Assembly: GCF_963676685.1 (NCBI RefSeq)
Contig: NC_092345.1
Coordinates: 4,526,001 to 4,590,000, forward strand
DNA from: Mytilus edulis
Lineage: Eukaryota
Length of the DNA stretch: 64,000 nt
Direction of reading: 5' to 3'
The translations under genes were made by a program, and so were the position numbers. This document shows positions 1 through 13,077 of this stretch, in pieces. Under the pieces are notes generated by a model. That model worked only from the letters and a program-made list of their open reading frames with translations, did no database searches and was not told the origin of the DNA. Every line of letters begins with the position of its first letter. The first letter of the stretch is position 1.

Positions 1-185
1 GTTTATTGTAAAGGACTGTCGTAACTTGGTTACCACTCAACAAGGGCCAATACTTGTATGATAATTAATGCCTTATACTTTGACATGAAGTTAACAGAAA
101 TGGGAAAGAGCGACAGAATAATCATACGGACCTCTGATACGGGTGTGACTGTTCTGTGTCTTCACTACTACAAACGGATGACACA

Positions 186-535
186 TAAAATTCAGAATTG
201 AAATGGGGAATGTGCCAAAGAGACAACAACCCGACCATAGAAAAAAACAACAGCAGAAGGTCACCAACAGGTCTTCAATGTAGCGAGAAATTCCCGCACC
301 CGGAGGCGTCCTTCAGCTGGCCCCTAAACAAATATATACTAGTTCAGTGATAATGAACGCCATACTAATTTCCAAATTGTACACAAGAAACTTAAATTAA
401 AATAATACAAGACTAACAAAGGCCAGAGGCTCCTGACTTGGGACAGGCGCAAACATGCGGCGGGGTTAAACATGTTTGTGAGATCTCAACCTTCCCATAT
501 ACCTCTAGCCAATGTAGAAAAGTAAAAAGTAAACA
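186..535 (+). repeat. interspersed repeat starting TAAAATTGAGAATGGAAATGGGGAATGTG
   Basis: Other copies or fragments at 10203-10322, 34658-34725 and, on the minus strand, 51283-51972. Confidence 0.75.
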
Positions 536-639
536 TGCATGCTAGTTGTAGGTGCAGATGGGGAACATTAGCAGTATAAAAAATAGTTAAAGATTTTTTC
601 CCATTCACCAACTACGTGCTTGCTTTTCCCCAACTGTAA

Positions 640-765
640 CATCTAGAAATTAAAAATGAGGGTCGGTTGAAAACAAAAATTTACGACAAAAGAGATGATT
701 TCAGCTTTCGAAGTGAACTTTCCATTTCTAAGTAGCAACATTCCCTTCGTAAATTTTACGGACGC
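640..765 (+). mobile_element. short Penelope-like RT 3' fragment
   Basis: Encodes GRLKTKIYDKRDDFSF and VNFPFLSSNIP, homologous to 20595-20685. Confidence 0.7.
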
Positions 766-1199
766 TTTTATAGCTTGCCTTGTCTGAACTGTTATGAAGT
801 AAAAAATATTTAGAAAGACACGAGTGTTTATAGATTGTGTGTATTTGAAAACATCAATTCTACAAATGAAAAAGAAGATTATTTTTTTTTACATATCTTC
901 TATTGCTCTATGTGTTTTTTATACTAAAAAACACAAAAGAAGTCAAAGCTGAATCCAAACATGTTGATGATACTATTTTCAGAAATGCTTCACAGAATAT
1001 ATAACAATGTATTCATACTATTTTAAATATGCGTGTTTATCAGCTTTACATCTAGTCCCAATGGGATATGGAAAATACTAAGGATTTTGTATCCAAGACA
1101 TAGATTGCATTAGCCATACTTGGCATCAGATTTGGAATTTTGAGTCATCAATGCTCTTCAACTTTGTACTTGTTTCGCTGTATAACTATTTTGATCTGA

Positions 1200-1243
1200 G
1201 CGTCACTGATGAGTCTTATGTAAACGAGACGCGCGTCTGGCGT
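1200..1243 (+). ncRNA. degenerate hammerhead motif in the same repeat family (about 1075-1279)
   Basis: CUGAUGA is intact, but GAAA is changed to GAGA and stem II has a mismatch. Confidence 0.65.
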
Positions 1244-1920
1244 ACTTAATTATGAGCCTGGTACCTTTGATAACTATTAATTGCAGTTATTTATATTATA
1301 CTATGGTTTAAATCTTTGAAATTTAGAAAGAACACAGATAGCACAATTGCAAAAACGAGATTCCACGAAGAGACAACGCGTTCTTTAAACCACTTAAAAG
1401 AAAACCAGGACTGACCAACAAGACCCTAGTAAAACATCTCACATGATCCGTACAGATAAACAAAAAAACAACTAGTCGTGTTACAAGATTGTACTATTTG
1501 GTTAACAACGAATTCGATAATATAACTTTCGAGTTAAAAAAAAATAAACGGAGTTGTGGGAACGTCAATTGATACCTTGTTAATTTCACCCATTGTGTCT
1601 CTTTCACAATTGTAACATAATAACTGATTGTGGATTCACAAGGCAGGTTGTCAATGTATAAAAAGAAAAGCTTTTGCCGTCAAAACACACGTTTGAGGTC
1701 AATTTTAGCTCATTGGATTCCGATATTTTGTTACGCTGAATTGTTTTCTTAATGTATTGATGACATATGAATCTTGATAAATTACTTTTGCATTCATTTT
1801 TAATAGGTTTTTTTTCGTTTGAATGTATGTATTTTAAGTTTTATAGGAATAAGCAGGACCAGACTATGATTTACAAAGTCCTTAAGTATCAAAAACAATG
1901 AACGGTATTTTTATCCATAC

Positions 1921-2115
1921 TTGACACATCGGTTCTCTGTGTTGATACAAGAGGAACCATTTCGTTTTCTGTGGTCATTGGTGTAGAGCTTATGTCGTTT
2001 TCTGAAGTTTGTAAACCCAAAGGCGATAAGCTTGTTATATCATCTGTGGATGTCTGTGTGGATGTACTCTGTTTCACTGTAGGTTCTGACTTCGGTTGAC
2101 TTGATAATCCAGCAC
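1921..2115 (-). CDS. C-type lectin gene, exon 5 (duplicated mucin-like stalk exon)
   Basis: Acceptor tacag, donor AA|GTATGG. 195 nt, phase 1-1. Paralog of exon 4 (AGLSSQPKSEPTVKQSTSTQTST...ENDISSTPMTTENE...TDVS). Read-through stop at 1889-1891 (ORF 1889..2173). Confidence 0.7.
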
Positions 2116-4033
2116 CTGTATATGATAAAAAGAATACAAGTAGTGATGGGATATAATGTAAACCAACAGTCACAAAATGATATCACATTTCATAAAGATT
2201 TGTTCTCAGCAGCATGGACAATATTGAACTATTACTGAAATATTTAATTGGCAGTACCTTTTTCAATGTCAGAAATGGCAATGTGTAGTCTTTATTCCGA
2301 CTGAAAAGAAAGTGGCGCGAAATGTTATAGCAAATAATTCAAGATAATCAATTGTATGTTGTCAACTGGTCTCTGGTGGAATGTTGTTCTCATTGACAAT
2401 GATTATACAACTTATTTGTTCAATTATTGAACGCGATTCATTTAGGTAGATACGGTTGTTTAAAAATTATGCAATGCATCCTCAATACACGTTCTTCGAT
2501 CTTAATTCGAAAACATCAATTGAACAAATAAAAATTTAAAGAAGATATCTTTTTAAGAAGCTTAGGATAGATTTGGTTTTGTCCAAATTGTTTTCATAAG
2601 GTCAAAAACGAAGCATAAAAGAGATCAAACATGGTCGCAGTATAAATAAATAACCGGGAGTTAACAGTTTTCCAACTATATTATGTATATTTATTAGCTT
2701 GACCCTTTATTCAAATTGGATACGTCTGTTGTAACTATTTCTATCATATTTTAAAAGGCTGGCTCATCACAGGTGCCACCACAATTGTGAGAAATACACT
2801 GATTTTGCGTTTGACATCTGTTTCTCCATGTTGTGGTTATGAAACATAAAAGAAGACTGAAAGTAAAATATTTGATTTTTCGTTTGATGGCTACTCTTAA
2901 CTCAAAACAAACTGCAAGTCGGGTGTAAGTGGTTGATGTTCTCCATTGTAATGTGGGATATTTTTCGTAGTATCCGTTTTTATGTGTTATACAACCCAAA
3001 ATCATGCCATTTGGAGTGCCACCGAAAAATTGGATAAACGTTAAGGGCAGTACTTTGTCTTACAGCAGACTCTTCGGTTCGTCAAAATTCAAGGACCAAA
3101 ACATTCATGGGGTTCTTGTTGCTTATTCTTTAGTTTAATATGTTGTGTCATGTGTACTATTGTTTGTCTGTTTGTCTTTTTCATTTTTAGCCATGGCGTT
3201 GTCAGTTTGTTTTAGATTTCTGAGTTTGATTGTCTCTTTGATATCTTTCGTCCCTCTTTCACATTTAACCAATCCTGACAATTTTCTGTAACAGTTCATA
3301 CAGCTTTGTGTACGCATATTCACTGGTGATATTCACCCTAGTCTTTGTAGGGTTCATAGTGCTTAGTCTTTGGTTTTCTATCTTGTGTCGTGTGAAAAGA
3401 CAAATGAAACTTTGTAAATTTTATTTATTATGTCCCTTTCCGGATTGAAACATTTTCACTGAGTGTTGATTCAGAAGGTTAGAGATGCTTTCGCCGTCAA
3501 CACACTCTGTTTAGATCAATTTAAGCTCCTTCGATTTTGATTTTCATCTCCCACCTTTATTAGTATATGTTTGCTGGCCTCTGTGTCTGTTCGTCTGTTC
3601 GTCCGTTCATTCGTCCGCCCGTCTGTTCCGCCACAGGTTGAAGTTTTTGGTCATGGTAGTTTTTGATAAAGTTGAACTCAAGTCAACTGGAACTTAGTAC
3701 ACATGTTCCCTATGATATGATATTTATAATTTCAATGCCAAATTAAAGAGTTATCCCGACTCAATGGTTCACTGAACATAGACAATGATAGTGTGAGTGG
3801 GGCATCCGTGTCTTATAAACACTTTTTTGTTGGTTATTTCGTTGAGTTTTCTTCTAAAGCGATCAAAAAGATCCAAACATTGATATACTAATATTGCCCT
3901 AATGTTGTCCTATTTATTCTCTGTTTTAGTTTATTTTATTCTGTGTTTTGAAGGAGTAAGCAGGACCCCAATATTATTTTACAAAGTCATTTTAAAAGTA
4001 TTCAAAAACGACGACAGGTAATTATATGCATAC

Positions 4034-4198
4034 TTGAAACGTCTGTTTTATGTGTTGTTACGGGAGGAAAGGTTATCTTCTCTGTGGTCATTGGTGTAGA
4101 ACTTATGTCGTTTTCTGTACTGTGTTTAATTGTCGGTTCTGACTTAAGTATTTCTGTGATTAATGGTTCAGAAGTCGGTTGACTTGATAATTCAGCAC
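4034..4198 (-). CDS. C-type lectin gene, exon 4 (Ser/Thr/Pro-rich mucin-like stalk)
   Basis: Acceptor tgcag, donor AA|GTATGC. 165 nt, phase 1-1. Translates GAELSSQPTSEPLITEILKSEPTIKHSTENDISSTPMTTEKITFPPVTTHKTDVS. Read-through would stop at TGA 4002-4004. Confidence 0.7.
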
Positions 4199-4343
4199 CT
4201 GCACATGATCAAAAGAACAGAAATAGTGATGTTATACAATTCAAATAAACAGTTACAAAATGATGTCACATTAATAAAGATTTTTTACAGCAGCATGGAC
4301 AATGACTTTGTATTTGTTTGGCTTTTTAACTGTTTTGATCTGA

Positions 4344-4387
4344 GCGTCACTGATGAGTCTTATGTAGACGAAACGCGCGTCTGGCAT
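4344..4387 (+). ncRNA. minimal type I hammerhead ribozyme motif
   Basis: GCGUCA-CUGAUGA-GUC(uuaugua)GAC-GAAA-CGCGCG-UC-UGGCAU: intact core, 3-bp stem II, palindromic stem III, GUC cleavage site. Confidence 0.85.
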
Positions 4388-7304
4388 ATTAAATTATAAT
4401 CCTGGTACCTTTGATAACTATTGAACTATCACTGAGAAAATGAAATAGGGAGTTATCTTTTCCAATGTCTGAACTATCAACGTGTCTTCTTCATTCCGAT
4501 TAAAATAAAGTCGCGCGAAATGTTAAAACAAATAGTCAAGTCAAGATGATCATTTGTATGTTGTCAACTGGTCTCTGGTTGAATGTTTTCTCATTGGCAA
4601 ATATTAAATACACCTAACTTTTACAATTATTGAAGGGATTCATTTAGGGTGTTTATAAATTATGCAATACATCCCCAATATAACAAATGCGATTTGGTAT
4701 GATTTCAAATGAGACAACTCTCCAAAAGAGTCCACATTGACACAGAAATTAACAACTATAGGTCACCGCACGGCCTTCAAAAATTAGCAAAGCCCATAAA
4801 GCATATTCAGCCGTAAAAGGCTCCGAAATGAAATGTAAAACAATTCAAACGAGAAAACTAATGGCCTTTTTTATGTACAAAAAATGAACGAAAAACAAAT
4901 ATGTCACACATAAACAAACGACAATCACTGATTTACAGGTTCCTGACTTGAGACAGGCACAAACATACAGAATATGGCGGGGTTACACATGTTAGCGGGA
5001 TCCCAACCCTCCCCTAACCTAGGACAGTGGTAAACTTGTATTTCACATAAAATCGAACTATAATAATCAGTTAAAAAAGGCTCAACTCATCATATGAACA
5101 AAAATACAAGTGGACGGGGCCGGATAATTGTACACCCAAACAGCAAAAAGACACTAGGTACAAATCTGAGAGTTAATTGATGTATAATTGATGCCTGTAC
5201 CAAGTCAGGAATATGACAGTTCTTGTTCATTCGTTTTTCATGTGTTTTGTCATTCAATATTTTTGTGATTTTACTTTTAACTGACAGCTAGTTCAAAGCC
5301 ACTAACAACTAATAAAACAAAATCATGCATCTAAGACTAAATTATCAAACCGTACACATCCAACATCCACTGGATTAAGTGTAAAGACGTCATAACAGTC
5401 AGAGAAAATGCATATGCATATATAACATACTAGTAATATTTAGCTTGCTTGTAATTTACTGACAACAAAATCAATATTGATACCAATAAATACAATAATC
5501 AATGATCTTATTACAGTATTGAATTGGTAACCTTTTAGAATAAGTTTATAGAGAACTTGTAGGATAATTCTAAACAGAAAGTCCCTTAGGAAATGGTAAC
5601 TTCAAAAGCTTAACGTATGAAACGAATAGATGAAAACTATCATATTCCTGACTTGGTACATGCATTTTGTTATGCAGATGATGGTGGATTATACCTGGTT
5701 ATATAGCTAGATAAACCTCTCACTTTTATGAGAGCCGTATAAAATGTTATTATATTGACAATAATATGCAATCAAAACAAACAGAAATGATAGGTAAAAA
5801 TGTAAAAAATAGGGATAAACCAGACAACATTGTGTTATATCAACATAGAAAAACATAAAGGAATATAGACAAAGTTCATTAGCAAAAACGAAAGACAAGA
5901 ATTTAGACATTTACCATAGCAAAATAACACAATGAAGGAATGTATCAAGTACCAAGCCATGTCAAATTGATATTACCAAAAACCGACTAAACAGTTAAAG
6001 TAATACGGTAATTTCCAAAGACAAATAAAAGAATACTCTTACACGTTATTCAGATTATAAACATCTTCAGTTCCTAGAATTTAGACGTGTATTTTTTAGT
6101 TGGTACGGAATATTTATCAACAAGCTCTTTTTATCTTCCGATAAACTTTTTTTTAAGAAATGGACGAAATTTTTGACATACTCCTGCTTTCACAACTTTC
6201 GGCTTAGACACTGGAAACAAAAGAAAAACAAAAACAAATATTACAGACATGAACCAATGACCAGCGCAAAATTACCGGATCGAACTGTTGACCGGAACAG
6301 ATATATAATGGTGTTTGATATCACCAAACTTCCTCCTAACCTGGGCAGTGGTATACAAATACAACACATAAACACACTATACTAATCAGCTGAAAAAAAA
6401 GCTTAAATAATCAGATCTATACAAAGCAGAAACACATCTTACATAAGACACAGACCGGACTTGGCAAGGTATTTGCATACATTTCCCACAATAATTAAAG
6501 ACAAAAATCACAAATCACAGATCACAGATAAGAGTTAACTCGCTGCTAGTTCCAAACCAATAACAACAAACAAAATAACATGTATTGATGACTGGAATAA
6601 ACAGTACACAATTCAAACATATTAAGTGTAAAGTCTTTTTTTTTTTTTTTTTTTTAACACTTGAATATAAATTTATTGCACTAAAGCTGTTAACAATAAC
6701 CTTACCGCTACAGCTTAAACTGTAAGTGTAAAGTCATTAACAGTCCTAGAAAAATATGATTTTGTGCATTTGATATTAAAAAGAAGATGTTGCATGAGTG
6801 TCAAGTCAGGAATATGACAGTTGTTGTCCTATTTTTTAATGTGTTTTATCATTTGATTTTGCCATTTAATTATGGACTTCCTCGAAGTTCAGTATTTTTG
6901 TTATTTTACTTTTAAGACAACTCTCCATCAAAGTCACAATGTTTTAAAAGTTTACAATTATAGATTAAAGTATGGCCTTAAAACCGAACAACTAATTATA
7001 CAGGGCTCCTAAATGATTTATGTAAACATAGCTATACAAATTATGATGTGATATTAGAATAAAAAGATATGGTATAATTTGCATTGAGACATTTTATTCC
7101 TTTTGAAATAAGGATTTATTTTTGCATATCTATGGAAGAATTTAGTAAAGGTTTCACAAAATCCTTGACTTACTTACTAATTTACCAGTAAAACATAGTT
7201 TACACTCAGTAAAATATAAAATGTTACTACAGACACGGATAATTCGAACGAGCTGAGATAACAATTTCATAGACAATTGGTAATACTTTGTTCCAGAATC
7301 TTAC

Positions 7305-7522
7305 CGTTATCAGAACAAAGAAAATTGCGTTTTGTGTCACATTCATCACTTTCGAATTCCCTCAAGTCTTTTGATAAACGAAAGCAACGGTATGTCTCCG
7401 TGTTCATTGGCTGGTCGATGCCCCATCTGTCATACGTAAGAAGGGTGCCGTCTGTCCAAAGAAAAGCGTCTTTTCCAATATCGTAATATAATCCGATGAA
7501 TATTTTTATCTCAAGTGATCCA
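7305..7522 (-). CDS. C-type lectin gene, exon 3 (C-terminal half of the lectin domain)
   Basis: Acceptor ttatag and donor ACG|GTAAG. 218 nt, phase 2 to 1. Translates IGSLEIKIFIGLYYDIGKDAFLWTDGTLLTYDRWGIDQPMNTETYRCFRLSKDLREFESDECDTKRNFLCSDN, with FIGL, WTDG and three conserved Cys. Confidence 0.9.
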
Positions 7523-10066
7523 CTATAATATAAAAAGAATTGGTGATACTTTAACTGTTTAGCATGGATATTCTATGTAAATTGATTTCACTATATATTG
7601 CATACTGATGTGATTTGCTTTTATGCCCCGTGGTCATAATGTTTTCTGGTCTGTGCGTTCGTCTGTCCGTCCGTGCGTCCCGCTTCAGGTTAAAGTTTTG
7701 ATTAAAAAGTTTTTGGTCGAGGTAGGTTTTGATGGAGTTGAAGTCAAATTAACTTGAAACTTAGTACACATGTTCCATATGATATGATCTTTCTACTTTC
7801 TAATTTTCACGCCAAATTAGAGATTTTCCCCCATTTTCACGGTCCACTGAACATAGAAAATGTTAGTGCAGATGGGGACACATTGTTGTTGTATTGTATT
7901 TTTGTCTTTTGTGTTGATGTTGTTGTTTTTGTTTGTGTGTTGTTATGTTGCTGTCCGATCGTCTAATACTTTAAACATCACCCATGGCATTTGATTTTCT
8001 ATTTCATTCATAAGCTTTCAATTTATAAAAAGACTGAGTCTGTGCTGACATTGATAAATGACTTCATGTTTAATAGAATATAACAGAAGATACCGAAGGG
8101 ACTATACAAATTGAACGTCGAAAAAAGTACTAGCGCTAATATAACTTAAAAAGAAACACGACTAAAAAACCAATAACAAACAACAAAACATAAATCAAAA
8201 ACTATTTTAGCAACACGAATCCCATGAAAAAACCTGAGAAGTCTTACCTACTTCATGATTGTTTGATTGAAAAACATACGTGTCCTTAACGGTTACATAA
8301 ACGTGAAGAATGAAAAAAATCAATATCATTTTAAATTGTCCATCACACCCCTTGATAACCTGCCTGCTTATGAAGTTGATACTGATTTTAAGTTATAAAT
8401 ATTTGGTGATTAAGTTATGAGTATTGAAGAAAATATTCAGATAGTTAAGGCTGTTAATGGGTAAAGTAGTAGTAGTTTCTCGCTATTCAATGGTTATGAA
8501 ACATATCAGGGTCGCAAGACAAAACTGATCGAAACACATCAACTCTCAGAGGAAAATAACGGATTAACGGAGACACTGAATCAAACAAAAACAAACATCA
8601 ACATACATCAACATACATCTAAACAAAATATAAAATCTGCTATATTCCAGATGTGGTACAAGACATTTTAAGAAAAAAAATGGTTGTTTGAACCTAGTTT
8701 TATGGCTAGCCAAACCTTCCACTTATAAATACATAATAAAAAAAAAATTTAGATGTATAGTGAAAACTTTTTTTAGTCTGAAACTAGCTGAACTTGCTTC
8801 TTTCTATATGTGTTTTTTTAAATTTTATATTGAAATTCTGGCCCAAACTGGCTGAAAAGTAGACAAAAGTCATTGATTGATTGATGGTTACTTAGCGTCA
8901 AATGGCAAAGATAAAATTGAAGAAAAAGATGGAAAAATAAAAGACAATCATTGATCTTTAAAAAAGCTAATAAATACTCCACTGTTCTATATCATTCAAA
9001 CTACCGTTTATTTGTTTGTCATTGGAACCACTATTTGTTTGTTTGTCTGTTATATTTTTAAAGTATATTCTTCATTGTTTTTTCTCAAACTTAAATGAAT
9101 CAATTTGGTTAACTCACTTGCGTTATTCCTGTAGTGCGATAAATTATTAAGTACGTGCATGATACCAATTATGTTGTTTTTGCAAAAAAAAATTACTTAT
9201 TAAAAAATGATATGTACCAGCTGACAGTTTCACGCTTCTTAATCAATATCGGAGTTGGTTACTTGAAATATTAGAAGATTTGATTTTTTTCAACTATTAG
9301 AAGCAATTTCCCGTCTGCAATGAGGTAGATTTAAATTGAAGAAATTTTGTATTTTCAGTATAACTCTGTGTGTGTGTTATTTTGTTTGAACGTAATATAT
9401 TGTGTTCCTTAGTTTAAATGAGAGGGTTAATTAGCTTTGCCTGTTGCCTGATCCATGCAGTTCTTTTTTTTTTTTAAATAAAATTAACTAAATAAAAAAA
9501 AAAAAAGAGGATTGTTTCGAGTGCTCTTAAATGCCAACGTTAATGGTAACCATTTGTTCCCTTCAGTTGATTTCCTTCAAAGCTGAACTAAACACATAGA
9601 AATACATGTTAATATTGAAATGAAATATACCAATGATACATTGCATATTCTGAAGCCAATTGAGACATAAACGATAGACGATTTACGTAGGCAATGCATT
9701 TAAATGAAATATTTTTAAAACTGTAATTAAACCAAACACTTATTTTCATTTTCAGTTTTCCTCGAGTGAGGATAATCGTTATAAGGTATGGCGAGTAATC
9801 TTGCTAAAACGATGGAAAATAAATCCGCATGCATTATTCGTTTCATCATTAAACAAAGATTCGATCAAATGTAACCAAACATGTTATCTGTTTGAACATT
9901 TAAACAGAAATTTATATTCTCAAAAATCAATGTATCAAATCCTCTTCTTTTGAAGAAGTTGAGGTAGGCTGGAATAACGGTGATTTCGACGTCAAATATG
10001 TAACAAATAAAGGCAACAGTAGTATATCGCTATTCGAAATTCATAAATCGATAGAGAAACAAAAAT

Positions 10067-10838
10067 GTGTCCAAAGTACACAGATGCCCCACTTGCATTG
10101 TCCTTTTCCATGTTCCATGGACTGTAAAAATTGGGTAATAATCAGGTTTGGCATTAACATTAGAAAGATTATACTATAGGGAACATATGTACTAAGTTTC
10201 AATAAAATTGAGAATGGAAATAGGGAATGTGCTAAAGAGACAACAGCCCGACCATAGAAAAAAAACAACAGCAAAAAAACAACAGCAGAAGGTCACTAAC
10301 AGGTCTTCAATGAAGCAAGAAAGTTGATCGGACTTCAATTTCATCAAAAACTACCTTGACAAAAAAAATTAACCTGAAACTCCCACTTTCATTTTCTATG
10401 TTTAGTGAAAAGTGAATTTGGGATCAAAAGTCTAATTTGGCTTTTAAATTAGAAAGATCATATCATAAAAAACAAGTGTACTAAATTTCAAGTTGATTGG
10501 ACTTCAGCTTCATCAAAAACTACCTTGACCAAAAACTTTAACCTGAAACTCCCACTTTCATTCTCTATGTTCAGAGGACCGTGAAATTGGAGTCAAAAGT
10601 CTAATTTGGCTTTAAAATTAGAAAGATTATATCATAAGCAACAAGTTTACTGAGTTTCAAGTTGATTGGACTTCAGCTTCACCAAAAACTTTAACCTGAA
10701 CGGACGCACAGACGAACGGACAGACGGACGGACGGACGCACAGATGAACGGACAGACGGACGGACGGACGAACGAACGCACGAACGAAGGCACAGACCAG
10801 AAAACATAATGCCCCTCTACTATCGTAGGTGGGGCATA
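10067..10838 (-). mobile_element. Helentron-associated / pearl-like non-autonomous element with GTCY microsatellite and tandem core repeats of about 170 bp
   Basis: Terminal atgcccc...ggggcat hairpin, (GACG/GACA)n tract at 10700-10795 and repeated cores at 10322/10491/10660. Shorter copies lie at 3565-3830 and 7620-7880. The family assignment is structural inference. Confidence 0.7.
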
Positions 10839-11607
10839 AGAACAAATCCGACTTACAAACTTAAATTGAGGGAAACGTATCAAATATAAGAGAACTACGA
10901 CACAACAGAAACACAACATTAAAATGTAAACACACACAGAAACGAGCTTTAATATAACAATGGCCATTTATCTTTTAACACAAATATTATTGTGAAAGCA
11001 TTAGTTTCCCCATTATAATGATATGGTTTAGCTTGAATTTTATGAATCATAGTTACAAAACTGTGTGAAGGTGTATTACAGTTATTAGTTTAGTCTCCTT
11101 TATTTGTGAAATATCCGTTTATGTTTTTAATTACTTACAAAATTATAAAAAAAAACCAGAGCAGGTAGATGAAAAATAAACTTGTAAAAATGAAACGATT
11201 TCAAAGTAATTCACAATATTTCCTCAAAACAAATGGTACCATACGATTCAAATTTATTGTTTTGTGTAATTCGGCATGTTTGTCTAAAAATTAGCCCGAT
11301 AATAAAACAGGTTAAACTAAAACAAACAATGCAAGTGATCAGTATGCTGGAGTATTTATTGAATTTTTAAAGTAACTCTTTCCATTTGGTTGTCGGCATT
11401 CCTATGGGTATTAGCTGTGTATCTCCTTTGTTTTTGTATTCATGGAATTGTGTTTCTTTTGCTTGTATCAATTTTAACATGGCAAGTTATTTAATCATTG
11501 TGTGTTGTTTTTGTTGGACGTTCCTGGTTCGGGTAGATGCAATATGTTCTACAGGGTGGATTATTTACCCTTTTATTTATATTTTACTCAATTTGTACTT
11601 TATAGGA

Positions 11608-12165
11608 AAATAAAGGCAACAGTAGTATAACGCTGTTCGAAATTCATAAATCGATTGAGAAAAAAAAACAAATCCGGGTAACAAATTAAAACTGAGGGAA
11701 ACACAAATATAAGAGGAACACTATGACACAACACAACATTAAAATGTAACACACACAGAAACGAACTTTAATATAACAATGGCAATTTTCATGACTAGGT
11801 ACAGGACATTTTAATAAAACAAAAATGGTGGGTTGAACCTGGTTTTGTGGCATGCCACACCGCTCGCTTTTATAGCAATGTTAAATATAACATTAAAATG
11901 ACAACATTACTTGAGAGGACTACAATACAAATAAATGGGAGAACATGTAGGACAGAGAAACACACGAATAATAGCTAACAAAAGCTACTAGGTTTAACAT
12001 TTAATACGCCAGACATGGGTTTCGTCCACACAAGACTAAACAGTGATGCTCTGATGAAAAAAGTTCGAAAGTCAAAACAAGTACCAAGTTGAAGAGCATT
12101 GAAGACCAATAATTCCAAAAGTTGTGCTCAATTCGGCTAAAGTTTTCTGCTTGGGAAAAGAATAT
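11608..12165 (-). mobile_element. interspersed repeat ending GAACAGCGGTATACTACTGTTGCCTTTATTT, with a decayed hammerhead at 12006-12049
   Basis: The same terminus recurs near 10005, 16893, 22836, 33484, 35262, 46592, 47611, 48893 and 63872. This long copy has a hammerhead-like GAC-GAAAC...GUC-UGGCGU with a mutated core. Confidence 0.7.
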
Positions 12166-12693
12166 CCCCAGAAAAGTGTTTACTATATACTGTATGAACT
12201 ATCAACTACAAAAACATTTGTTAATGACGACATTGTCAAATTTACTATCAACTACAAAGTTTTTCAGCTGGATCTGAATAATTGTCACATTATCCAAAAA
12301 ACATTTATAAAATACTACCAAAACAAATTAATTAAACAAAATCCCATTCATAAACTCAAATAAAAGAATATAGATGATAAATAAAACACAAACAAAAAAG
12401 ATTAATGTTAACTTGTATTTATTTTTACAAATTTTAAAGAAAATGCTAGACGTTTACAGACAAAGTTTTATTTAACAAAAAAAAAAGATATGGTGTTATT
12501 TACAAAAAACATAAAAGGATATGGAAGTAACTATAGGTCACAGTTCGGCGTTCAACAATGAGCAAAACCAATGTATAATAGTAAGATATAAATAGACAAT
12601 GCATGACAAATGAAAATAAAAAAATAATAAACAGGCTGCAACTAACTAAATGAAAAATCCTGACTTATAGAAATACAAATCTAATATACTTAC

Positions 12694-12829
12694 ATTTTAC
12701 TTGCAATATAATCTTTGGCCTTGGTGTAATCTTGCTCTGTTTTCAACACAGCAAGGGACATCCCTTGATCAGAACATTTAGTTTGAGCCTCATCCCAAGT
12801 AAGTATTATGTCGTCATACAAATAAAATG
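12694..12829 (-). CDS. C-type lectin gene, exon 2 (N-terminal half of the lectin domain)
   Basis: Acceptor tttcag and donor GTAAGT. 136 nt, phase 1 to 2. Translates AFYLYDDIILTWDEAQTKCSDQGMSLAVLKTEQDYTKAKDYIASK, the typical TW-EA-C-G-LA pattern of C-type lectins. Confidence 0.88.
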
Positions 12830-13077
12830 CTGAAATAGCAAAAGGGTACTATCATATATAAAACCAATGCAGCTTTAAACAGTTTTGTATTTAACGAAAC
12901 CACAATTGGTAACCGGGTTTAATTGTTTTAATTGAATTTTGTAATTATTTTTTTTAGGGGGGAGGGGAGATTTTTGAATTTTAGATTTTGATCTTTTTTA
13001 GTGTACGATGAATTAGATTTAAAAATTATTTTTTAACACGACAAAATACAATTAAACTTTAAATTGAAATATCTTAC

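Larger units (their letters stand above)
1845..4680. repeat. local duplication of the stalk exon plus flanking intron (about 1845-2510 versus about 3955-4680)
   Basis: Colinear similarity, e.g. taagcaggacc...ttacaaagtc, cagcatggacaa, cgcgaaatgtta, ttgtatgttgtcaactggtctctggt and tatgcaat.catc occur in both blocks. Confidence 0.85.

Noticed and set aside
60-630. possible transposon nuclease remnant (IIIRTSDTGVTVLCLHY...RFFPIHQL) split by a repeat
   Set aside because: It resembles DTDV-type motifs, but is too short and degraded to call without BLASTX.
2751-3060. 84-aa ORF between the two stalk exons
   Set aside because: No convincing splice sites or homology to the lectin gene. More likely a decayed insertion.
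10647-10967. 106-aa ORF with RPSV repeats
   Set aside because: Translation of the GTCY microsatellite in a non-autonomous element.
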